Assembly: GCA_017612915.1 (NCBI GenBank)
Contig: JAGAEX010000031.1
Span: 11,449-75,448 of the forward strand
Direction: 5' to 3'
Origin: Clostridia bacterium
GTDB lineage: Bacteria > Bacillota > Clostridia > Christensenellales > Borkfalkiaceae
Length of the DNA: 64,000 nucleotides
The position numbers and the translations under genes are program-made. The notes beneath the pieces are model-generated. The model made no database searches. It had not been told where the DNA came from and saw nothing but the letters and a program-made list of their open reading frames with translations. Every line of letters starts with the position of its first letter. Position 1 is the first letter of the stretch. This document shows positions 1 through 13,657 of this stretch, one piece after another.

Positions 1-395
1 TTTTGCAGGCATATCTTTTTTAATTGAGTGCCTGCGGTCGAGTATATTTTCGTACCTTTGCCGCCGTATTTCATATTTATTTCGTCAACGTAAGTCATAA
101 GTTCTATGGCTTTCTGTTTGCCGATATGTTCGTGAAGGCTTCCGCCGAAATCGTTTGTTATATTGTATTTGCCGTCCGAAAAAGCGCCTGCGCCGCCGAA
201 TCCTGACATAATGGAGCAGGTCTTGCAGTTGATACAGGATTTTATTTTATCGCCGTCTATCGGGCAAATTCTTTTCTCCAAAGCGTGTCCTGCGTCGAAA
301 ACGGCAACGGATAAACCGTCGTTTTCTTTCGTCAATTCGTATGCGGCAAAAATTCCGCCTGGGCCTGCGCCAACAATAATAACGTCGTAACTCAT
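1..395 (-). CDS. FAD-dependent oxidoreductase (COG2509-like flavoprotein). N-terminal ~131 codons only; the C-terminus lies beyond the left window edge.
   Basis: Not in the ORF track because there is no stop in the window. Manual minus-strand translation from ATG 395..393 gives MSYDVIIVGAGPGGIFAAYELTKENDGLSVAVFDAGHALEKRICPIDGD..., with a GxGxxG dinucleotide-binding motif. GGAG lies just upstream of the ATG. Confidence 0.7.
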   Translation of the reverse strand, partial: MSYDVIIVGAGPGGIFAAYELTKENDGLSVAVFDAGHALEKRICPIDGDKIKSCINCKTCSIMSGFGGAGAFSDGKYNITNDFGGSLHEHIGKQKAIELMTYVDEINMKYGGKGTKIYSTAGTQLKKICLQ

Positions 396-547
396 ATTTT
401 CTCCGTTTTCGGGTGTTTGCCCCGAACTTTTTTATTATATCATTTATCCGTGTCGAAAGCAAATAAAAACGCAAAAAACTTTTTTATGGGATTTATTGCG
501 ATTTTTTGATTATTGTTGTAAAATGTAATAAAAGGAAGGTAAAAGCG

Positions 548-745
548 ATGAAAATAATTTTTAACCCCGATAAAAAGATAGTTGACGCAATACGCGAAGG
601 CTTAAAGAAAAAGGACGGATATTGTCCGTGCAGGATCGCTAAAACCGAAGATACCGTTTGTATGTGCAAAGAATTCAGAGAGCAGGTCGCCGATCCGGAA
701 TTTGAAGGTTTTTGCCATTGCAGACTTTATTATAAATATAAGTGA
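548..745 (+). CDS. Ferredoxin-thioredoxin reductase catalytic-subunit-like small Cys-rich protein
   Basis: Track ORF 506..745. The internal ATG at 548 follows AGGAAGG. The product MKIIFNPDKKIVDAIREGLKKKDGYCPCR...CMC...CHC has the CPC/CxC/CHC cysteine spacing typical of the FTR catalytic chain. Confidence 0.65.
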   Translation: MKIIFNPDKKIVDAIREGLKKKDGYCPCRIAKTEDTVCMCKEFREQVADPEFEGFCHCRLYYKYK

Positions 746-754
746 TCTGTAAAT

Positions 755-793
755 ATAAACGCCGCAGCGACAATTTATCGCGGCGGCGTTTAT
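755..793. terminator. Hairpin between convergent genes (bidirectional terminator)
   Basis: ATAAACGCCGC (755-765) pairs with GCGGCGTTTAT (783-793). It is flanked by A/T runs and sits between the stop at 745 (+) and the stop at 804 (-). Confidence 0.6.
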
Positions 794-803
794 ATTGCGT
801 TAT

Positions 804-1973
804 TTATTTTTTATGATTTTTAACGATTTCTTTGTAATTTTCCACTACTTCTTCTGCTACCGAATCCCAAGTTCTGTATACGCCTTTATAAGCGGCGTCT
901 TTCATTTTCTTTAATTTATCTTTATTTTTTATTATTTCTTCTATTCTGTTAGCCCAAGCGACAGTCGTTTCTTCCGCAAGATAACCGTTTATGTTGTTTT
1001 CGATTATTTCCGCAGTGGCGCAACCTTCGTTCATAAGTGTCGGCAATTTCATAGCGGCGGCCTCAATCGGTGCTAAACTTGCCGTGTCGAAAGTCGATGG
1101 GAAAATAAACAGATCAGAGCGGAGATAGTGGGCGGAAAGTTCTTCTCTGTCTAAAATCTTACCTGTAAATATAACTTGATCTCTTAAGCCGTATTTTTCG
1201 ACTGATTCTTTTAGTTCGTTTTCATAGTTGCCGCTGCCGACTATCATATACTTAAATCTGAATCCGTCTTCCGCGACCATTTTTAAAGCGGAAAGGGCTA
1301 ATTGAAGATTCTTGTTTTCCACGATCCTTCCGACCGATAAGAATACCGTTTCGTCTTTATCGAATCCGTATTTTTCGTTGATCTTATCTATCAATTTTTC
1401 GGCGTTATCGGGATAAACGAGATCCGTGCCGTTACGAATAACTTTGATGGGTTTTTTGTATCCGTATTCGCGGAGACACTCTTTCGCACCGTCGCTTACC
1501 GTCCACACGTGGTCGGCGCGATTCATATTCTTTAAAATGTATTTCATCATAAAGTTTTGCAGACATTTCAGTTTAAGATCGCGCTCGAAATCGTCCCTAT
1601 ATTTTGTGTGAAAAGTAAAAATCGTGGGGATATTGTGTTTTTTGCCGTATTTGGTAAAATACGCGCACATTGTAAAAGGGGAGTGGATATGTATTATATC
1701 GAATTCGTTTTCTTTAAGAAATCTTTTTAATTTGCTGTCAAGTCCCGGCAGAGCGCATCTGTAACCTTCTGCCGACGGGATCGATTTTGTTCTGAATACG
1801 GTAAATTTTTGGTTATCTTTGTATTTGGGGAATTTGGGTACTGCGACTTTAACGATCGTATCCTTCATTTTGAGCATACTGTTGGAGTAACTCGTTATAA
1901 CGAGACAGGGACCGTCGAATTTCGGATAATAACAATCGAGAACTTCTAAAATTTTCAATTCCTTTTCCTGCAT
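804..1973 (-). CDS. Glycosyltransferase family 4 (group 1), glycolipid synthase-like
   Basis: 389-aa ORF. The C-terminal half has the GT4 pattern (...FIFPSTFDTASLAPIEAAAMKLPTL...). It sits directly downstream of a GT28 lipid glycosyltransferase. Confidence 0.75.
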   Translation of the reverse strand: MQEKELKILEVLDCYYPKFDGPCLVITSYSNSMLKMKDTIVKVAVPKFPKYKDNQKFTVFRTKSIPSAEGYRCALPGLDSKLKRFLKENEFDIIHIHSPFTMCAYFTKYGKKHNIPTIFTFHTKYRDDFERDLKLKCLQNFMMKYILKNMNRADHVWTVSDGAKECLREYGYKKPIKVIRNGTDLVYPDNAEKLIDKINEKYGFDKDETVFLSVGRIVENKNLQLALSALKMVAEDGFRFKYMIVGSGNYENELKESVEKYGLRDQVIFTGKILDREELSAHYLRSDLFIFPSTFDTASLAPIEAAAMKLPTLMNEGCATAEIIENNINGYLAEETTVAWANRIEEIIKNKDKLKKMKDAAYKGVYRTWDSVAEEVVENYKEIVKNHKK

Positions 1974-1982
1974 TTTGAACCT

Positions 1983-3149
1983 TTAAATATTGAATTTACC
2001 TTTTAAGGTGTAGTAAAGTTCGTCCGCTATTTTTTCCGCGCCTGACGCGTCGTGGAAACTTTCAAGCGACGATTTAAAACTGTTTTTAAGATCGGGATCG
2101 GAAATGTAATCTTTGATGAATTGTACTAATTTATTCGTGTCGAAGATCTGTTTGCCGCAACCTTTTTTGTTTATAAGATAATTTGAACTCATTACTTCAA
2201 GATAGTTAGCGTGGGAAATGATTATGGTCGGCACGCCGAAATAATACGATTCCATCAAAGAGTTGCTTCCGCCTTTGCCTATATAAAGATCGGACGCACT
2301 GTTGTATAAAAACACGTCGTTGGTAAAATCTATTGCGTAAAATTTCGTTTTGGAATCTTCCGGCAGGACTATTGATCTGCAAAAATCGTATATCTGCTGA
2401 TTTTTTCCGCACAGTACGACGACGTTTGCGTCGAAATTCTGGCGGAGCAAAGCGTCTATTACTTTTTTGGTTTTATTCGTGCCGTAAGCGCCGTTGGGTA
2501 AGAGAATAGTGAATTTATTTTCGTCTAAACCGAGTGCTTTTCGTGCTTCCTTTTTGTCTCTCGTAACAGATTCGATATTCGTTCTGTATGCAAACGGAAC
2601 GACGCGCAACTGCTCTTTTTTAAAGCCGTGTTTAAGGGCGTATTGATAGGTGTGATCGCTGGTAACGAAAAACAAGTCGGAAGACCTGTCCCAAGCGGAA
2701 TAGATCCACGGGTCGGGAGTGTAAGTCGCGACTATGGTGTCAAGCAGTTTTGTTTTTTTGCATTCTAAAGCGAAGTGCGACGGGGAATAATAGGTGCTGC
2801 AAATTAGATCGGGTGCGGTTTTTACGATATCGTCCATAACTATCTTTTTTGCTTTTCTGAATTTAAAATCGAGTATTTTCAGCGTGAGTTTCGACCCTAT
2901 AGCGTTAGAGATCATTTCGCCGAAATGGAACATTTTATTGTTGCAACTGTGTTTAGTCCAACCCGACAATTCTCTGCCGTATTTTAACACCGTTTCGTCT
3001 TTCGTGTCGGAAAAAATATTCCAATTAACTATCTCGCACTTGTCGCCGTATTTTTTTGTGAACGCGTCGCTTATCGCTTGTATCGGCATAATGTGTCCGA
3101 AACCCGCTTCGACGAAAGTAAAAACCACTTTCGGTTTTCTTGTAAGCAT
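1983..3149 (-). CDS. MGDG-synthase / UgtP-like diacylglycerol glycosyltransferase (GT28)
   Basis: 388-aa ORF. The N-terminus KVVFTFVEAGFGHIMPIQAISDAF is typical of the MGDG synthase family. A strong SD (AAGGAGAG) precedes the ATG at 3149. Confidence 0.7.
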   Translation of the reverse strand: MLTRKPKVVFTFVEAGFGHIMPIQAISDAFTKKYGDKCEIVNWNIFSDTKDETVLKYGRELSGWTKHSCNNKMFHFGEMISNAIGSKLTLKILDFKFRKAKKIVMDDIVKTAPDLICSTYYSPSHFALECKKTKLLDTIVATYTPDPWIYSAWDRSSDLFFVTSDHTYQYALKHGFKKEQLRVVPFAYRTNIESVTRDKKEARKALGLDENKFTILLPNGAYGTNKTKKVIDALLRQNFDANVVVLCGKNQQIYDFCRSIVLPEDSKTKFYAIDFTNDVFLYNSASDLYIGKGGSNSLMESYYFGVPTIIISHANYLEVMSSNYLINKKGCGKQIFDTNKLVQFIKDYISDPDLKNSFKSSLESFHDASGAEKIADELYYTLKGKFNI

Positions 3150-3342
3150 ATTCTCTCCTTTAGAAAAATATACTATATGCTATTATTTCAATAATAACAT
3201 AAAAGATCGGAAAATGCAAATATTTAAGTGTATTTTTACCTTTATAAAGGCAGTGTCGGGACGTTTTTCTTAGAAAAATAATTTAATCGTTCTTTTTGTT
3301 TAAAACCTTTTGTTAAAGTTAAAGTTTAGCGCGTTTTTGGGC

Positions 3343-3371
3343 TTGAAAAATACGCCGGTTTGTGTTAAAAT
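3343..3371 (+). promoter_or_regulatory. Sigma-A-type promoter of pcrA-ligA (TTGAAA-17-TAAAAT, extended TGn)
   Basis: TTGAAA at 3343-3348, a 17-nt spacer ending TGT, and TAAAAT at 3366-3371. The pcrA ATG starts 7 nt after the -10 element. Confidence 0.55.
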
Positions 3372-3377
3372 ATTTAT

Positions 3378-7557
<4,180 letters not shown>

Positions 7558-7574
7558 ATATAATAATAAAATAC

Positions 7575-7603
7575 TTGATTTACGCGTTTTTTTGTGTTAA
7601 AAT
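7575..7603 (+). promoter_or_regulatory. Sigma-A-type promoter upstream of yicC (TTGATT-17-TAAAAT, extended TGn)
   Basis: TTGATT at 7575-7580, a 17-nt spacer ending TGT, and TAAAAT at 7598-7603. It shares the string TTGTGTTAAAATAT with the pcrA promoter. Confidence 0.5.
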
Positions 7604-7643
7604 ATACGGGAAAATCGGTTAAAGAATTATTTGTGGTGATAAA

Positions 7644-8513
7644 ATGTACAGTATGACGGGCTACGGCAGGGCGGAATATTCCGAAAACGCTATAAATTTG
7701 GTGGTTGAACTGAAATCGGTCAATAACCGTATTTTTGATTTCAGTGCGAAGATGCCCCGTGCTTTTATCTGTTTTGAAGATAAAATTCGTAAGACCGTGG
7801 CGGAATTTATCAAGCGCGGCAGGATAGAACTTTTTGTGAATTTTTCCGATCATAGGGAAAAGAGCGCGTCGATAAACGCCGATCTTGCCCGCGCGGCGGA
7901 GTATTACAACGCGGCTAAGAGTATTGCGGAAAGCCTTGATCTGCCTAACGATTATACTGTTTCTTACCTTATGAAATGCTCCGACGTTATAGCGGATGAT
8001 TTTTCCTTTGACGCGACGGAGTTTGAAGAGATTCTTATTTCCACGGTAAAAGCGGCGTGCGAAAAATTTAACGAAATGAGAAAGACCGAAGGTGAAAAAC
8101 TCGTTTCGGATATGCTTTTAAGGATGCAACAGATAAGGGAAATAACCGAAAACATCGCGTTGCGCGCACCGTTCGTTGCGGCAGAGTATAAAGAAAGACT
8201 TAAAGCGCGGATAATCGAAGCGCTCGACGGTGTGAAATACGACGAAACTCGTCTGCTTAACGAAGTGGCGTTTTACACCGATAAAGTAAATATCGACGAA
8301 GAACTGACAAGACTTCGTTCGCACATTTCACAGTTTTGCACTATCGTAAACACGATAGGTTCGGGCAAAAAACTTGACTTTTTGATGCAGGAGTTTAATC
8401 GCGAAGCGAACACGATCTGTTCAAAATCCAACGACTTAAAAGTTACGGAATTCGGACTTTCGCTTAAAAACGAGATAGAAAAAGTCAGAGAACAAGTACA
8501 GAATCTTGAATAA
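7644..8513 (+). CDS. yicC: YicC-family stress-induced protein / endoribonuclease
   Basis: 289 aa. The N-terminus MYSMTGYGRAE and the C-terminus DFLMQEFNREANTICSKS are hallmark YicC motifs. Confidence 0.9.
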   Translation: MYSMTGYGRAEYSENAINLVVELKSVNNRIFDFSAKMPRAFICFEDKIRKTVAEFIKRGRIELFVNFSDHREKSASINADLARAAEYYNAAKSIAESLDLPNDYTVSYLMKCSDVIADDFSFDATEFEEILISTVKAACEKFNEMRKTEGEKLVSDMLLRMQQIREITENIALRAPFVAAEYKERLKARIIEALDGVKYDETRLLNEVAFYTDKVNIDEELTRLRSHISQFCTIVNTIGSGKKLDFLMQEFNREANTICSKSNDLKVTEFGLSLKNEIEKVREQVQNLE

Positions 8514-8548
8514 AAAACATATACGATTTTCGTAAAAGGAGATAATTT

Positions 8549-8752
8549 ATGATACATAAACCACCTATTGACGAATTAGCGGCGACAATCGGCTCAAAGT
8601 ATTCTTTGTGCGTCGTTGCGTCAAAAAGAGCAAGACAAATTATGGAACAAGCGCAGAATCAGGGGCTTACGGAACTTCCGGGTAACGAGAAGCCGCTTTC
8701 AGTTGCCGCGCAGGAAATCTATGACGGTAAACTTATCGCGACCAACGACTGA
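8549..8752 (+). CDS. rpoZ: DNA-directed RNA polymerase subunit omega
   Basis: 67 aa. It contains PPIDELAATIGSKYSLCVVASKRARQI. The SD is AAGGAG. Confidence 0.9.
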   Translation: MIHKPPIDELAATIGSKYSLCVVASKRARQIMEQAQNQGLTELPGNEKPLSVAAQEIYDGKLIATND

Positions 8753-8825
8753 TAGCGAGATAATTATTTGAAAATATTAAAAATGCCGATGCGTTCACGA
8801 TGCTGGACGCATTTGTTTTAGAAAA

Positions 8826-11021
8826 ATGTTTGCAGACGTGATCGTCGATATTTCGCACAGCGAAGCGGATAAAATATTTGAGTATTCTTATTCCGATTGC
8901 AAGGTTTTAGCCGGCAGTCGCGTTTTGGTGCCTTTCGGTAGTAAAACTATTGAAGGCATCGTTATAAAGACCAAAAAGCAATGCGAGTTCGACGAGAAAA
9001 AAGTAAAGCCTATTCTTTCGGTTTTGGAAGAAACGCCGGCGCTTACAAATGAAACGCTTGCGCTTTCGGAGTTTATAGTTAAGACTTGTTTCGTTACGCG
9101 CGCGCTTTCGTTTCGTTTGTTTTTGCCTGCCGAAATGCGTAAAGGCAGGGTGAGAGAACAGTTCGTAAAGTACGCCGTTTTAGACGAGAATATAAACACT
9201 GACGAACTATTGTCGTCTCTCAAAAAAAACGCGTTAAAACAGCGCGATCTGATACTGTTTTTGCAGGAAAACGGCAAGACGGCGTTGTCTTATTTAAACG
9301 AAAATTTCGGCAGCGCGGTCAAAGCGTTGACCGAAAAAAACGCACTTATCATAACTTCTGAAAAGCGTTTTCGTTCCCCGTATAAGGATTTGGGCGGTGC
9401 GGCGAATAGAGTCGTTCTTACAGATAAGCAGCAACAAGCGATAGACTTTATTGAAAAATCCGAAAACCTGACCACGCTTTTATTCGGTGTAACGGGTAGC
9501 GGAAAGACGGAAGTTTATCTCGACCTGATCGATAAAACTCTTAAAAAAGGCAAAACTGCGATAATGCTCGTGCCGGAAATATCTTTAACGCCGCAAATGC
9601 TTAAACAACTCCGCGCGCGGTTCGGAGAAAACGCGGCGATAATGCACAGCGGACTCTCTGCCGGCGAAAGATACGACGAGTGGTGGCGACTTCGCACGGG
9701 CGAAGCAAAAATTGCGATTGGCGCAAGAAGCGCGATATTCGCGCCCGTGGAAAATCTTGGGCTTATAGTTATCGATGAAGAGCACGACGGCAGTTATACG
9801 AGTGAATCCGCGCCGAGATACAACACCGTTGACGTCGCAAAATTTCGCTCGCATTATAACGGTGCAAAACTCGTTTTAGGTAGCGCAACCCCTTCGGTCG
9901 AAAGTTTTTTAAACGCTCAAAACGGGGAATACGGGTTGTTTGAATTGCCCGACAGGATAAATAAAAAACCGCTGCCGGACATTGAGATAGCGGATATGCG
10001 AAAAGAAGTCCGTCGCGGCAACAATACGCCCTTTTCTTCTGCACTTAAAGACGAACTTCAGAAGTGCCTAAATAAAGGCAATCAGGCGATTTTGTTTCTG
10101 AACCAGCGCGGATATTCCAAGACGGTCGTTTGTACGGAGTGCGGACACGTGCAGAAGTGTTCTTCGTGCGACGTTTCGCTTACATATCATAGAGAAGACG
10201 ACTCGCTTTTATGCCATTACTGCGGCGCAAAATACAAGATGATAAAGGCTTGTACCGAATGCGGCAGTCCGTATATAAAATATGGCGGTTTCGGCACGGA
10301 AAAGATTGTTGCGGATCTGAAAGTTCTCTTTCCGTCGGCGCGCATACTGCGTATGGACAGAGATACGACCAAAAACAAGGAAGGGCATTTTAAAATACTC
10401 AACGAATTTTCTTCGAGAAACGCCGATATTTTGGTCGGTACGCAGATGATCGCCAAAGGGCACGATTTCCCGTTCGTTACTTTAGTCGGTATTCTCGACG
10501 CCGATATGAGCCTGCATTTTTCCGATTTCAGGAGCGCGGAAAGAACTTTTGAACTTATTACGCAGGTGGCTGGCAGAAGCGGCAGAGCGGGCGAAGCGGG
10601 TAAGGTGGTTTTGCAGACATATCAGCCCGACAATCACGTGCTAAGACAAGCGATAAATTACGATTATAAGGGATTTTTCGAGAGAGAGATATCTATAAGG
10701 AAGGCGACGGCTTTCCCGCCTTTTACCGAAATAATAAGGGTTTTGGTGCAGAGCGAAAACGACGCGCTCGCGCTTGATACCGTGAAAGAACTTTACGATG
10801 AAATAGGCACGATAAAAAGAGCGAGAGAGAATTGTTTTAGATTTTTCGGCTGTATGAAAGCACCGCTAAAAAAATTGCAGGGAAAGTATCGCTATCAGAT
10901 ACTTATGCGTATAGATAACGGCAACGAAGATATTTTAGAAGGGATTTTCAGATCCGTAAACGCGAAAAATAAAGGCAAGATCAACGCGTATATGGAGATA
11001 AATCCCAACAATTTAACTTAA
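8826..11021 (+). CDS. priA: Primosomal protein N' (replication restart helicase PriA)
   Basis: 731 aa. Walker A is GVTGSGKTEVY and the DEEHD box is present. The Cys-rich Zn region is CTECGHVQKCSSCDVSLTYH...CHYCG...CTECGS. Confidence 0.95.
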   Translation: MFADVIVDISHSEADKIFEYSYSDCKVLAGSRVLVPFGSKTIEGIVIKTKKQCEFDEKKVKPILSVLEETPALTNETLALSEFIVKTCFVTRALSFRLFLPAEMRKGRVREQFVKYAVLDENINTDELLSSLKKNALKQRDLILFLQENGKTALSYLNENFGSAVKALTEKNALIITSEKRFRSPYKDLGGAANRVVLTDKQQQAIDFIEKSENLTTLLFGVTGSGKTEVYLDLIDKTLKKGKTAIMLVPEISLTPQMLKQLRARFGENAAIMHSGLSAGERYDEWWRLRTGEAKIAIGARSAIFAPVENLGLIVIDEEHDGSYTSESAPRYNTVDVAKFRSHYNGAKLVLGSATPSVESFLNAQNGEYGLFELPDRINKKPLPDIEIADMRKEVRRGNNTPFSSALKDELQKCLNKGNQAILFLNQRGYSKTVVCTECGHVQKCSSCDVSLTYHREDDSLLCHYCGAKYKMIKACTECGSPYIKYGGFGTEKIVADLKVLFPSARILRMDRDTTKNKEGHFKILNEFSSRNADILVGTQMIAKGHDFPFVTLVGILDADMSLHFSDFRSAERTFELITQVAGRSGRAGEAGKVVLQTYQPDNHVLRQAINYDYKGFFEREISIRKATAFPPFTEIIRVLVQSENDALALDTVKELYDEIGTIKRARENCFRFFGCMKAPLKKLQGKYRYQILMRIDNGNEDILEGIFRSVNAKNKGKINAYMEINPNNLT

Positions 11022-11031
11022 AAGGTGTAAT

Positions 11032-11490
11032 ATGGCAATCCGTAACATTATTCAGGTCGGCGATCCTACTTTAAGAAAAAGAAGTTTTGAAGTAACTGAT
11101 TTCGGCGCCAAAACGCACGAACTGTTGGACGATATGAAGGAAACGCTTGTTCAGGCTGACGGCGTGGGGCTTGCCGCACCGCAAGTCGGCGTTTTAAGGC
11201 GTGTTTTTATCGTGAGTTTTGAAGATAAGTATTATGAGTGCATAAATCCCGTTATCGTGTCGAAAAGCGGCAAACAGGTCGGCGACGAAGGATGTTTGTC
11301 CGTTCGCGGTAAGTACGGTACGGTAGAGCGTCCGAAAAAGATAACCGTTCAAGCGTTCGACAGATACGGGAAAAAATTTACCGTAAAAGCGGAAGATTTT
11401 TTGGCGCGCGCGTTCTGCCACGAGTACGACCATTTAGACGGCATACTTTATATTGACAAAGCGACGCGCGTCGAGGAAGATAAAAAGTGA
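11032..11490 (+). CDS. def: Peptide deformylase
   Basis: 152 aa. Motifs are GVGLAAPQ, EGCLS and HEYDHLDG. Confidence 0.95.
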   Translation: MAIRNIIQVGDPTLRKRSFEVTDFGAKTHELLDDMKETLVQADGVGLAAPQVGVLRRVFIVSFEDKYYECINPVIVSKSGKQVGDEGCLSVRGKYGTVERPKKITVQAFDRYGKKFTVKAEDFLARAFCHEYDHLDGILYIDKATRVEEDKK

Positions 11491-12407
11491 AAATAGTTTT
11501 TTTAGGCACGCCCGATTTTGCCGTTCTCCCGTTTAAAGCCGTTTGCGAAACGACGGGAGTACAGGTCGCGGCTGTGGTGTGTAATAAAGATAAGCCTTTC
11601 GGTAGAAAACAGGTATTGACCGCTCCGCCCGTAAAGATCGCGGCGGAAGAGCGGGGCATACCCGTTTTTCAATACGATAAAATACGCGTCGAAGGGGTTG
11701 AAGATCTGAAACGCATTGCGCCTGACCTTATGATAACCTGCGCTTTCGGGCAGATATTGTCGCAGGAAATACTCGATATTCCGAAATACGGCGTTATAAA
11801 TATACACGCGTCACTTTTGCCGAAATACCGCGGCGCGTCGCCCATCCATTTCGCCTTGTTAAACGGCGAAAAAACTACCGGCATAACCATAATGAAGACG
11901 GATATCGGCATTGATACGGGCGATATTCTAATGCAAAAATCTATTGATATAGGGGAAAAAGAAACTTGCGGAGAATTGTTCTACAGATTGTCCGTTTTGG
12001 GTGCGGAGTGTATAAAAGAAGCACTCGCTTTAATTATGCAAAACAAGGCGGTTTTCGTTAAGCAGAACGATGAGGACGCGACTTTAACAAAGATAATAAA
12101 GAAAGAGTTTGCGCGTATCGACTGGACGAAACCTGCGGACGATATTGTTAATCAGGTTCGCGCGTTTAATCCCGCGCCCGTAGCGTTCACATTTTTGAAC
12201 GGAGAGCCGTTTAAGGTTTACGAAACGGAAAAATGTAATATGCAAGGCAGAGCGGGCGCAGTCCTTTTCTCCGACGGAAGACTGATAGTTGGCGCAGGCA
12301 AAGATTCCGTGTCGCTCGTTAAGGTGTGCAAGGCGGGTGGAAAGCCTATGTATATAACCGATTTTTTACGGGGAAACACCGTTGATATCGGTACGGTTTT
12401 AGGATAG
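11487..12407 (+). CDS. fmt: Methionyl-tRNA formyltransferase
   Basis: 306 aa. The GTG start overlaps the def stop (GTGA). It contains MKIVFLGTPDFAV and NIHASLLPKYRGASPI. Confidence 0.95.
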   Translation: MKIVFLGTPDFAVLPFKAVCETTGVQVAAVVCNKDKPFGRKQVLTAPPVKIAAEERGIPVFQYDKIRVEGVEDLKRIAPDLMITCAFGQILSQEILDIPKYGVINIHASLLPKYRGASPIHFALLNGEKTTGITIMKTDIGIDTGDILMQKSIDIGEKETCGELFYRLSVLGAECIKEALALIMQNKAVFVKQNDEDATLTKIIKKEFARIDWTKPADDIVNQVRAFNPAPVAFTFLNGEPFKVYETEKCNMQGRAGAVLFSDGRLIVGAGKDSVSLVKVCKAGGKPMYITDFLRGNTVDIGTVLG

Positions 12408-12411
12408 TTTA

Positions 12412-13656
12412 ATGGTAAATTATTTTTACGATTGCTACGCTGTATTAAATAAGGTTTACAGCGAAAAGGCGTTTATCAAACAGGCGATAAACGATACGTT
12501 TATCGAAGAAACGAACAGAAGTTTAACGGTCAAAATCTGTTACGGTGTAATAGAAAAAGATATAGAGTTATCTTATTATATCGAGAAAATGACGGAAAAA
12601 ACGCCGAAACTTGCTATCCGCACTATACTTAAAATTTCTATGTATATGATAAAATATCTCGATAAGAAGGAGTATTTTGTCGTTCAAAACGCCGTGGAAC
12701 TTACCAAAAAGTTAGGCAAGGGCGGTGCGAGCGGGTTCGTAAACGCGTTTTTAAGAAAGTTTTCGACTGTTGAAATAGAATTTCCGAAAGAAAAACTTTC
12801 ATTTTTGTCTATTAAATATTCCTATCCTTTGTTCGCGGTAAAAAGACTTGTCGAAGATTACGGTGAACAGCGTGCGGAAAGTATAATTTCCGCACCGTAC
12901 CCCGATAATACGCTTTGTTTTTACGGCGTTGACGGCGAAAAGTATCTTACCGAATCCGGCGCAGAGTTTAGCAAAACGCCGTTTGATAACGTGTTTACGG
13001 TGAAAAATTTCAATCGCAACGCCGATTACGACAAGGGCGTTTATACTTATCAGGCGCTCGGCTCTGTGGCGATATGCGAAACGGTCGGCGTGTGTGAAAA
13101 ACTTCTCGATTGCTGTGCCGCGCCAGGCGGGAAAAGCGTAAGGCTTTCTTATAAAGCGGAAACGGTTACGGCGTGGGATATTCACGAACACAGGGTAAAA
13201 CTTATCGAAGAATACGCGTGGCGTATGGGGCGTAGCAATATAAATACCGAAGTGCGCGACGCGAAAATTTACGACGACAAGTATAAGGATTGTTTTGACG
13301 CCGTTTTGTGCGACGCGCCGTGCAGCGGTTTCGGCGTAGTCGGCGATAATCCCGATATAAAACTTAATCGAACGGAAGAAGATCTGCGTGCCGTAAACGA
13401 CGAGCAAAAATCGATTTTGGACACCGTATGCAAATACGTTAAACCAAACGGGTATTTGTATTATTCAACTTGCTCGGTTTTTAAGTCGGAAAATATAGAC
13501 GTAGTAAAGTGGTTTTTATTGCGGCACGAAGGTTTTAAGTTAGAGCGCGTAGATAGCGCGCTTTTTCACGAAGATATTGACGGCACTGACGCGTTTTTGC
13601 CCGACATGTCTTTCGGAAACGGTTTTTATATTGCAAAACTTAAAAGGATAAAGTAA
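12412..13656 (+). CDS. rsmB: 16S rRNA (cytosine967-C5)-methyltransferase RsmB/Sun
   Basis: 414 aa. It has an N-terminal NusB-like domain and the catalytic motifs DAPCSG and YSTCS. It occupies the conserved position after fmt. Confidence 0.85.
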   Translation: MVNYFYDCYAVLNKVYSEKAFIKQAINDTFIEETNRSLTVKICYGVIEKDIELSYYIEKMTEKTPKLAIRTILKISMYMIKYLDKKEYFVVQNAVELTKKLGKGGASGFVNAFLRKFSTVEIEFPKEKLSFLSIKYSYPLFAVKRLVEDYGEQRAESIISAPYPDNTLCFYGVDGEKYLTESGAEFSKTPFDNVFTVKNFNRNADYDKGVYTYQALGSVAICETVGVCEKLLDCCAAPGGKSVRLSYKAETVTAWDIHEHRVKLIEEYAWRMGRSNINTEVRDAKIYDDKYKDCFDAVLCDAPCSGFGVVGDNPDIKLNRTEEDLRAVNDEQKSILDTVCKYVKPNGYLYYSTCSVFKSENIDVVKWFLLRHEGFKLERVDSALFHEDIDGTDAFLPDMSFGNGFYIAKLKRIK

Positions 13657-13657
13657 G

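Noticed and set aside
163-474. Two 75-aa track ORFs (163-390 +, 247-474 -) at the left edge
   Set aside because: Both are out-of-frame or opposite-strand shadows of the partial FAD-dependent oxidoreductase CDS (1-395, minus). That CDS has a clear GxGxxG N-terminus.
2794-3273. 159-aa plus-strand ORF spanning the 5' part of the GT28 gene and its upstream region
   Set aside because: It is antisense to the GT28 glycosyltransferase. It also runs through that gene's SD and start region, and its sequence is low in complexity.
8780-8822. Weak hairpin ATGCGT...ACGCAT followed by TTGTTTT between rpoZ and priA
   Set aside because: The stem is only 6 bp, the loop is 12 nt and the T tract is interrupted. 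That is not enough to call a terminator or attenuator.
12799-13407. 202-aa minus-strand ORF inside rsmB
   Set aside because: It is an antisense shadow ORF with no SD or motif. rsmB on the + strand has clear catalytic motifs across the same span.
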